From positions 1-38,072 of the IMG/VR virus record IMGVR_UViG_3300030108_003891: 38,072 nucleotides of DNA. One strand, written 5' to 3'. The notes beneath the pieces are model-generated. The model had not been told where the DNA came from. It searched no databases and was given only the letters and a program-made list of their open reading frames with translations. Position numbers and translations under genes: made by a program. Positions 1-5,382 of the stretch are shown here, piece by piece; within the stretch, counting starts at the first letter, position 1; each line of letters starts with the position of its first letter. This DNA comes from a virus. Its lineage: Duplodnaviria; Caudoviricetes.

Positions 1-1
1 T

Positions 2-106
2 GAACTTGTGAATGTGAAAGCGACCACGGCTGCGGCTGATGTAGTGGCCGGTGACCTTGTCACCGTCGCGGTGAACAACGTACACGCCTTGAAGGTTGAT
101 GGACAT
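2..106 (-). CDS. Hypothetical early protein, 5' part only (MSINLQGVYVVHRDGDKVTGHYISRSRGRFHIHKF...), runs off the window edge
   Basis: Not in the ORF track. ATG at 106-104 is preceded by CTGGAGACCCC, almost identical to the RBS context CTGGAGACCTC of the upstream gene. Frame is open to position 2. Confidence 0.7.
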   Translation of the reverse strand, partial: MSINLQGVYVVHRDGDKVTGHYISRSRGRFHIHKF

Positions 107-133
107 GGGGTCTCCAGGGTGGGGGGTGAGGGG

Positions 134-1039
134 TTAGGCGGCAGTCCGTTGAGACTGCTCGCCGATGCGGACGACGAACCCGCTGGTATCTTTGAGGGCT
201 CCGCCCTTGGCGTACAGGACCACCCATGCGCCGGGTGGGTCATCGAAGCGGATGTCGGTCTCGTCGCCGTCGATGGCGGGGTGAACGTGGAACCGCTCGC
301 CGTGCCAGGTGGTGAACTCCCCAGCCTCGACGATACCTGCGGCTACTGCCTTGGCGTCCTTGACCTTGGTAGACTCGCCGGCCACGACCACGGCCACGTT
401 TCCGCCAGCGTCGAGCCATTCGAGCGCATGGCCCATGCTGTCGGCACGCTCGGACAGGCTGAACGTCAGGCGGTAGTTCGCCGGAGCCTTGGCGCGAGCC
501 TTGGCGGGAAGCTTCGTGTAGTCGTAGAACTGCACGTCGGGGTGGGCCTGCGGCACGCCGTGGTCCTCCCACTTGATATCGCTGGACCCGTTCAGCCGGA
601 CAGCGGCACGCATGCCGAGGGCCTCGGCGGTCATCGTGTGCCCGGTTATTTCCCAGTGCAGACGACGCAGGAAGTGGTTCCGGTACAGCATGAACCACAG
701 GGTCTTTGCAATGCGGGCGCGAGTCGCCTGGTCCAGGCGGAGCCGTCCGGTGGTAGTGCCGAGGCATCCGGCCTCACACCCTGCGGCCATGGGGCACATA
801 TTGACCCCGGCTTCACGGCCCGGTGACAGGTAGGCGACGGCGGTCAGGACCCCTTGAGCCTCACCCTTCTCTACCTTTACAGAGGTTCCGAGAATGTTGC
901 GGGGTCGGCCTGAGGCGGTGAACGCGACAGCCCGGAATAGGTCCGCGCGAGTGATGTCGCGGGGTAGGCCGAGGCGGTCGAGCGCGCCATGGTAGATAGC
1001 GGGGATGGGTCGCAGGTCTTCAGTGAGGGTGGACAGCAT
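134..1039 (-). CDS. Gp88-like protein (mycobacteriophage L5 gp88 family; Cys-motif, radical-SAM-like fold suspected)
   Basis: Motifs YLSP..NMCP..AGCEAGCL, AVRLNGSSDIKWE, VQFYDYTK, NYRLTFSLSE, IDGDETDIRFDDP, LYAKG..KDTSGFV are typical of the GP88 family. GGAG RBS and its own promoter. Confidence 0.85.
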   Translation of the reverse strand: MLSTLTEDLRPIPAIYHGALDRLGLPRDITRADLFRAVAFTASGRPRNILGTSVKVEKGEAQGVLTAVAYLSPGREAGVNMCPMAAGCEAGCLGTTTGRLRLDQATRARIAKTLWFMLYRNHFLRRLHWEITGHTMTAEALGMRAAVRLNGSSDIKWEDHGVPQAHPDVQFYDYTKLPAKARAKAPANYRLTFSLSERADSMGHALEWLDAGGNVAVVVAGESTKVKDAKAVAAGIVEAGEFTTWHGERFHVHPAIDGDETDIRFDDPPGAWVVLYAKGGALKDTSGFVVRIGEQSQRTAA

Positions 1040-1059
1040 GAGGTCTCCAGTGGTCTGCC

Positions 1060-1088
1060 ACTGTATGGCAGGGGGTGAATGGTGTCAA
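1060..1088 (-). promoter_or_regulatory. sigma70-type promoter of the Gp88-like gene
   Basis: Minus strand TTGACA (1088-1083), 17 bp, TACAGT (1065-1060). The -10 box lies inside the inverted repeat CTGCCA-N5-TGGCAG (1055-1071). Confidence 0.8.
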
Positions 1089-1177
1089 GTAGGGGGCCAG
1101 GGGACCGCCTGGGCTCCCATGGGGTCCGTGCTCAAAGTCCAGCTTGGCGGCCCGATATCGGCTCTGGCCCCCTTAGG

Positions 1178-1202
1178 TCCCCTTCTTTTACTAAGAAGGG
1201 GA
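1178..1202. repeat. Perfect 10-bp inverted repeat (cruciform/hairpin)
   Basis: TCCCCTTCTT-TTACT-AAGAAGGGGA, with no U-tract on either side. Confidence 0.85.
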
Positions 1203-1234
1203 TACGTATAGGGGGGTACATATAGGAGAGCCGC

Positions 1235-1394
1235 ACGGGTTGGACGGGTTGAAAATGTTCGGAAAGAAGGGGCCCGAAGGGGGCCAGCAGCGATATGTGG
1301 CGTTGGCCCAGCGTTATCGCGTGGGCCCCTCATTCTGAGATGGAGTCCAGAAGGGGTCCGCAATACGTGAGGAAGGGGGCCCGCTATGCGAGAA
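1235..1394 (+). repeat. Cluster of short direct repeats
   Basis: ACGGGTTG x2 (1235, 1244). GAAGGGG at 1266, 1276, 1350, 1372. Degenerate tandem GAAGGGG-TCCGCAATACGTGAG / GAAGGGGGCCCGCTATGCGAGAA (1350-1394). Confidence 0.6.
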
Positions 1395-1499
1395 CTGGAG
1401 GCGTGAGGGGTCAGCCGCGCGTCGCTCAGAGACCTCTCAGATTCACCACCGGCCACGCATTATGGGAGGTTAAAGGCGGACAATCGGCCGCAGCTATTG

Positions 1500-1797
1500 A
1501 CGTGGCAACCGGACCGACGGCGATTCAATCCGCCAAGCATCCGAGCAGCCCGAAAATGGCCCGCGTTCAGCGCCCTGCGATATTGGGCTTGCATCCGAGA
1601 TGATGACCACCTGATGGTAATCGCATCACATCGGGGGCTGTCTCGCGGCGTCATCCGCACGCGGTACACTTGAAGGGGGGCGGCGCTGTGCCTCTCGGCT
1701 TCCCCCCGATATGCGCGCCGCTGGTCACGAGGGTGAGCGGCTGGTATCGGGGCCGCGTCCGTGTGCAGGTCCGGCGAACATGCGCCGGGGGTCTGCT
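1500..1797 (-). other. Second block of dense stem-loops; possible 3' extension of the RNA at 1799-2361, strand uncertain
   Basis: Long hairpin CCGA..UGAU..GAUUACC-AUCA-GGUGGUC..AUCA..UCGG (1595-1634) needs G-U pairs available only on the minus strand. Also CCCCGAUA/UAUCGGGG enclosing GCCGCU/AGCGGC, GCC-GAGA-GGC, and CCGGCG/CGCCGG. The helix at 1765-1796 pairs better on the plus strand. Confidence 0.35.
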
Positions 1798-1798
1798 C

Positions 1799-2361
1799 AA
1801 AAAGGGGCGGCGATTACGCGCTCGCCGGGGCGCTATGCTCCCGTGGCCACGGCACACGGGGCCCCCGTAGATGTCGCACACGGGGCGGGGCGGCTCATTT
1901 TGTAGACTGCGGGGAGCTATCCGCCGGCCTGGTTTAGGTGGTCACTCCATGGTGACCGGGTATCGGGTCCCCCTCCCGTTAGGCTATGCCGGTGGGGGTC
2001 ATGGTGGGTCATGCGTCTTCAATCGCATTACGTACGTGGGTGGACTCTTCACCGATTCGGCTTGGACGATTGCTGTCCGCGTGGCCATTTACGACGCTCA
2101 TCCTTCGCTCCCGCTGTCGCTCACGTGGGACCCAGCCGTGGCTGGTTTCCGTTCCCTTGGTGTTGCTTGGCTTCGCTTGTGGTGTTCGGCGGGTGACAGA
2201 GTCCTCCCCCTACTAATCATCGGTGGCCGAGTTCGTCTGCCCGGCTTGCGCCTCGGAGTGCTTCGGCCCTGCGGGCCTCCGCTGATTCGAGTTTGCACCC
2301 ATCGTCTTATTCGAGATTTGAAAGAGCTTGTCTCGGTGTGGCGAGGACTGTCCCCCGCCGC
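1799..2361 (-). ncRNA. Candidate large structured non-coding RNA (~560 nt), class not recognised
   Basis: Starts 5-6 nt after a sigma70-like -10 box, exactly at the first base of a ~21-bp helix (2338-2360 with 2187-2213). boxA-like GCUCUUUCAAA. Many hairpins: GGC-GCAA-GCC, GGCCC/GGGCC, CCAGC/GCUGG, GGAC/GUCC, AUGCG/CGCAU, GGUCAC/GUGACC, CCCGUG/CACGGG. Long-range GGGUCCC/GGGACCC pairing and A-rich linkers. Ends in hairpin + GCCCC + U5. No credible ORF. Confidence 0.55.
2317..2327 (-). promoter_or_regulatory. boxA-like antitermination element
   Basis: GCTCTTTCAAA ~35 nt after the predicted start, versus the rrn boxA consensus GCTCTTTAACA (NusB/NusE site). Confidence 0.55.
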
Positions 2362-2366
2362 AAAAG

Positions 2367-2396
2367 ATTCTTCACCTAAAAATTGGAAGTACGCAA
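2367..2396 (-). promoter_or_regulatory. sigma70-type promoter driving the candidate ncRNA
   Basis: TTGCGT (2396-2391), 18 bp, AAGAAT (2372-2367), with a very AT-rich tract upstream (2430-2490). Confidence 0.55.
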
Positions 2397-2424
2397 AACG
2401 CTGTACGTCTCTAATGCTGCGCTC

Positions 2425-2490
2425 TAAGTGCTTAAAATAACTGATAAAAATAAATGAAAAAAATATAGATTTATTTTAAAGAAACTTCTA
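2425..2490. promoter_or_regulatory. AT-rich island with IHF-like site / UP element
   Basis: The only strongly AT-rich stretch in the GC-rich left part. Minus strand TATCAGTTATTTT (2446-2434) is one mismatch from WATCARNNNNTTR. Several A-tracts. Confidence 0.45.
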
Positions 2491-2508
2491 TATGCCAGGT
2501 TTAACCTG
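2490..2508 (+). repeat. Copy 1 of a 19-bp direct repeat with internal palindrome
   Basis: ATATGCCAGGTTTAACCTG, 17/19 identical to 3200-3218. Contains the palindrome CAGGTT-T-AACCTG. Confidence 0.75.
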
Positions 2509-2573
2509 CCTTTTCGTGCATCACCCCCCCCTTGGTGGTTGGTTGGTTTCTTTGACTTTGAAAGGAAGTGCGC

Positions 2574-2609
2574 GCCTGTGTGTGTGCCTGCGTGTGTGCC
2601 TGTGTACAC
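2574..2609 (+). repeat. Three tandem 12-bp repeats
   Basis: GCCTGTGTGTGT / GCCTGCGTGTGT / GCCTGTGTACAC. Confidence 0.8.
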
Positions 2610-2613
2610 GTGA

Positions 2614-2630
2614 TGCAAGTCCCGTGCCAA
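2614..2630 (-). promoter_or_regulatory. sigma54 (RpoN) -24/-12 promoter
   Basis: Minus strand TTGGCACGGGACTTGCA is an exact match to YTGGCACG-N4-TTGCW. Predicted start ~2603, pointing toward the ncRNA. Confidence 0.75.
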
Positions 2631-2694
2631 ACCTGGCCAAACTTTTTTGCCTTTTTGTGTGGCGCGGTGTGGCAAGGTACGATAGTGGACAGGC

Positions 2695-3192
2695 ATGACC
2701 TTTGCTCTTGCCTTTTCCGGCCTCGCTTCAGACGCTCCGCGTCAGCGGGCGCGTTGTGCGAAGACGGGCCGTTTCGTGGCTTGGAGCAAGGTCCCTCAGC
2801 TTCGCGTTCCCGGTGCTCCCCGCGTCGTCGTCATCCCCGCCCCTGTGGTGGAGGTTGCCGAGGTTGCCGAGGTTGCCCCGGCTGCTCCCGTCGCTGAGGT
2901 TGCCCCGGTCGCCGTCGTTGACGGTGCCGAGGTTGTAGAGGCCCCCCCTGTAGTGGGCGGGTTCCTCTCCACCGCATGCGCGCACGGTGCGCGCGTGGTA
3001 GCCGGGGCTGCTGCCCTGGTGGCCGCTGGTGGCCGGTGGTTCCGCTCCAAGGCCTCGGCCCTGGTGGCTGGTGCCCGTGCCGCCCTGGTGGCGGGTGCCC
3101 TCGCCATCGGTGACGGTGCCCCCCCTGCGGATGCTGCGGCTGATGCTGGCCCCCCCCCTGTCACTATCACCGGAGGTGAGCCGTGTAGCTGA
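2695..3192 (+). CDS. Hypothetical Ala/Val/Pro-rich protein with RCAKTGRFV motif and EVA repeats
   Basis: Consistent codon pattern (GAG GTT GCC repeats). Upstream TTGTGT-17-TACGAT (2655-2683) and a downstream terminator. No SD, so possibly near-leaderless. Confidence 0.55.
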   Translation: MTFALAFSGLASDAPRQRARCAKTGRFVAWSKVPQLRVPGAPRVVVIPAPVVEVAEVAEVAPAAPVAEVAPVAVVDGAEVVEAPPVVGGFLSTACAHGARVVAGAAALVAAGGRWFRSKASALVAGARAALVAGALAIGDGAPPADAAADAGPPPVTITGGEPCS

Positions 3193-3199
3193 GTGCGCG

Positions 3200-3218
3200 A
3201 TATGCCCGGTTGAACCTG
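3200..3218 (+). repeat. Copy 2 of the 19-bp direct repeat
   Basis: ATATGCCCGGTTGAACCTG, 710 bp from copy 1. Confidence 0.75.
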
Positions 3219-3329
3219 GGTTTTTGGCGATTCGGGGTCCCCCCTCGGACGTGTGCAGGGGTCCGCGCCGAGGCCGGGCCCGAAGGGCCCCCCCGTGTGT
3301 GATCGCGGCGGTGGTGGTGGGGCGGCTTC

Positions 3330-3356
3330 GGGGGGCGCGCGAAGCCCCCCCTTTTC
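3330..3356 (+). terminator. Intrinsic terminator-like hairpin
   Basis: GGGGGGC-GCGCGAA-GCCCCCC then CTTTTCTGTT. An alternative stem GGCTTCG/CGAAGCC overlaps it. Confidence 0.6.
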
Positions 3357-3378
3357 TGTTCTTGCAGGAAGTTCAGGG

Positions 3379-3407
3379 TTGACGCAGTGTTTGACCAAAC
3401 ATAGAGT
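3379..3407 (+). promoter_or_regulatory. sigma70-type promoter with palindromic operator in the spacer
   Basis: TTGACG (3379-3384), 17 bp, TAGAGT (3402-3407). Palindrome TGTTTG-AC-CAAACA at 3388-3401. GGAG RBS before the ATG at 3425. Confidence 0.7.
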
Positions 3408-3424
3408 GGCTGCCTGGAGTAGTT

Positions 3425-4384
3425 ATGAACGATTATGTATGTCTTGCTCGTCGGTTTCCTGCTGTAGGCGTTGATGGTGTCCTGGGTGTTCCGGTCACCA
3501 ACCATGCAGAGATAGGCGAGTACCTGGAGGCGTTGCCGGTTCCCGTAGGCGAGGACAAGGTCAAGTTTGTCCGACTGACTGCGATACCGGAGCGATCCCG
3601 CAATCACCTGATGGTCAATGATGTTGTGGTCAAGTACAACGGTCTGTCCGAGCGATTCCTGGATATTCTTCGGCCAGTCAAGACGGCCCAGTACAATACG
3701 AACTTCCGATCAGGCGAAATCGACTGGGACCTGGCTGAGCAGGCCAGGCAAGAGGCATTTGAGACAGGAAAGTGGTCTCTGACTCACGATAGGTCACAAG
3801 TCGCGATTTGCGACCCTGAGGGAAACCTCGCTGTGCTCAGGGCGCATAAGGGCACACCGAGGACGCTGTTCAAGTACGCATACGCGGTATTCCTCGATAC
3901 TGATCAGGACAAAGAGCGAATCACGTACAATCCGTACAAGCAGTACGACATTTCGCCTGTGGAAAAGCCTAAGTGGGCATGGGCAACTTTCCGCTTCATG
4001 CATTTCTGGATTTTCAAGCATGGGCCTGTTGTGGAGAAGGGCAAGTGGCACAACTTCAAGAAGGCCGTCAAGAACCACCATGAGGCCATACAGCAGGTGC
4101 CTACACCGGAGATTGGCGACTATTTGAGGCTGCACACACGCAGAAACAACAAAAGATCACAAGAGTTCTGGCGGCGGGTCCGTGTGCAGTACGCTGACGA
4201 CCAAGACTCGGTGCCGAGGGCTCTGGCGTTTGTCGCATCTAAGAACGAGGTGCGCTGGGTGCGTGTACGTGTCTCTGAGCTAGACGAGTTGTTCAGATGT
4301 GCCGAATGGAGTGAATGGAGCGATCTAGGACCACCGTTTCACTTCAGCACGTTCCAGAACAAGGAGATGGTCAAGTGGAACTGA
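3425..4384 (+). CDS. Hypothetical protein (319 aa)
   Basis: Long ORF with promoter and RBS; no motif recognised. Confidence 0.8.
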   Translation: MNDYVCLARRFPAVGVDGVLGVPVTNHAEIGEYLEALPVPVGEDKVKFVRLTAIPERSRNHLMVNDVVVKYNGLSERFLDILRPVKTAQYNTNFRSGEIDWDLAEQARQEAFETGKWSLTHDRSQVAICDPEGNLAVLRAHKGTPRTLFKYAYAVFLDTDQDKERITYNPYKQYDISPVEKPKWAWATFRFMHFWIFKHGPVVEKGKWHNFKKAVKNHHEAIQQVPTPEIGDYLRLHTRRNNKRSQEFWRRVRVQYADDQDSVPRALAFVASKNEVRWVRVRVSELDELFRCAEWSEWSDLGPPFHFSTFQNKEMVKWN

Positions 4385-4698
4385 ATATCGACACCGTATT
4401 CGTGTCACGCAATCTGAGGGCTGCTCTGAGAGAGTGGCATGCGTGGCTTTCCGACAAGGCCGCTAAAAAGGACGAATGGCGTGCTGTGCCACACTGGTGC
4501 AAGCAAGTTCCGTTCAGGCTGGACATTCCGTGGGCGCTGTTTGACTTAGATAAGCATGTTGGTCGTCGTCAGATGCTGCGTGCGCTGTTTATCGTGATCG
4601 ACGAGGTGTACATGAGCAGTCAGACTGTCGAGGGAACGCCAGACATATCTGCACTGCGTGATCACCTACTGAAGTGGTATGAGGACGAATATGAGTGA
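4375..4698 (+). CDS. Hypothetical protein
   Basis: GTG at 4375 follows AAGGAG (4361-4366); overlaps both neighbours. Start revised from 4315. Confidence 0.7.
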   Translation: MELNIDTVFVSRNLRAALREWHAWLSDKAAKKDEWRAVPHWCKQVPFRLDIPWALFDLDKHVGRRQMLRALFIVIDEVYMSSQTVEGTPDISALRDHLLKWYEDEYE

Positions 4699-5227
4699 AT
4701 GGATCTACATGGTAGAGGTTCCTGGTGACCCAATAGGCAAGGGAAGGCCAAGGGGCACGTCTGTTGGCGGCCACGTCAGGTTGTACACACCAAAGAAGAC
4801 GGCAGACTGGGAACGGTCAGCAGCGATGGTCATGACCAGTGTTTGGCGCAAGGCACCACTTGACGAGCCTGTAGAGGTCGAGGTTGTGGCGTTTTCCCAT
4901 AGGCCTAAGCGTCTGCTACGGAAGAAAGATCCAGATCACGCCATCTGGAAGGGGTCTAAGCCAGACGCAGACAACATCTGCAAATGTGCGCTGGACGCGC
5001 TGGTCATGGCAGGGGTGCTGAGAGACGACTCATTGGCGGTAAGCGTGAAGATCATGGACTTCTACGCAGAGCGAGATCGTGGTCCGAGGCTGTGTTTACG
5101 CATGCGACCAGTGGGTATCGAGCCTGTAGAGGGCTGGTGGGACTTGGCGTCCAAGAGCATGGGCAAGACGCTGATGGAGGTTTTCCAGGAGGAGGAAGAC
5201 GGCTTCCTGCACGATTTGCCATGGTAG
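4691..5227 (+). CDS. rusA: RusA-family Holliday junction resolvase
   Basis: PIGKGRPR, YTPKKTADWE, KPDADNICKCALDAL...LRDDS (D-x-D-N-x2-K-x3-D and DD catalytic pattern). ATG at 4691 follows GAGG. Confidence 0.9.
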   Translation: MSEWIYMVEVPGDPIGKGRPRGTSVGGHVRLYTPKKTADWERSAAMVMTSVWRKAPLDEPVEVEVVAFSHRPKRLLRKKDPDHAIWKGSKPDADNICKCALDALVMAGVLRDDSLAVSVKIMDFYAERDRGPRLCLRMRPVGIEPVEGWWDLASKSMGKTLMEVFQEEEDGFLHDLPW

Positions 5228-5249
5228 CTGCTGTGTGCTAATCTTGCGT

Positions 5250-5322
5250 GGAGTCTTCCTGTGGGTTGGCTCTCCTGATTGTTTGTTGAAGGCCCTACTT
5301 GCTCTGGTAGGGCCTTTTTTCT
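5250..5322 (+). ncRNA. Candidate ~70-nt small RNA
   Basis: TTGCCA (5216-5221), 17 bp, TAATCT (5239-5244) with TG extension, lying just upstream of a terminator. No ORF in between. Carries anti-SD-like TCTTCCT and CTCTCCT. Confidence 0.4.
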
Positions 5323-5324
5323 TT
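5289..5324 (+). terminator. Intrinsic terminator
   Basis: AAGGCCCTAC-TTGCTCTG-GTAGGGCCTT followed by TTTTCTTT. Confidence 0.9.
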
Positions 5325-5382
5325 GTTTGCTATATTGCCGATATAAGGTAAAGTTGTTCGTGTTCAATGAGAGGGCTTTATT

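Noticed and set aside
8-833. Plus-strand ORFs 8..826 and 573..833, and the alternative minus frame 240..767
   Set aside because: Shadows of the GC-rich Gp88-like gene, which has family motifs, RBS and promoter.
1420-1540. Group I intron-like words TCAGAGAC (R-like) and AATCCGCCAAG (Q-like)
   Set aside because: Wrong order, no P or S element, and no interrupted gene.
1840-1900. Minus-strand GAGCCG...CCGTGTGCG resembling group II intron domain V
   Set aside because: No AGC-triad helix with GNRA loop and AC bulge, no domain VI, no RT gene.
2040-2056. GAAGAGTCC resembling the RNase P GAGGAAAGTCC motif
   Set aside because: Imperfect, and the matching 3' conserved P4 strand was not found.
2240-2300. 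GCAAAC...GGCGCAAGCC resembling the c-di-GMP-I riboswitch P2 region
   Set aside because: No GNRA-capped P2, no recognisable P3 receptor or P1. An Rfam scan would settle it.
1005-2700. Numerous 60-190-aa ORFs in the non-coding region (e.g. 1871..2440, 1085..1456, 1295..1603)
   Set aside because: No convincing RBS, Arg/Gly/Pro-rich composition typical of GC-rich non-coding DNA, mutually overlapping, no motifs.
1040-3400. tRNA, tmRNA, hammerhead ribozyme or CRISPR array in the non-coding region
   Set aside because: No cloverleaf with GTTCRA T-loop, no CUGANGA/GAAA core, no regularly spaced identical repeats with unique spacers.
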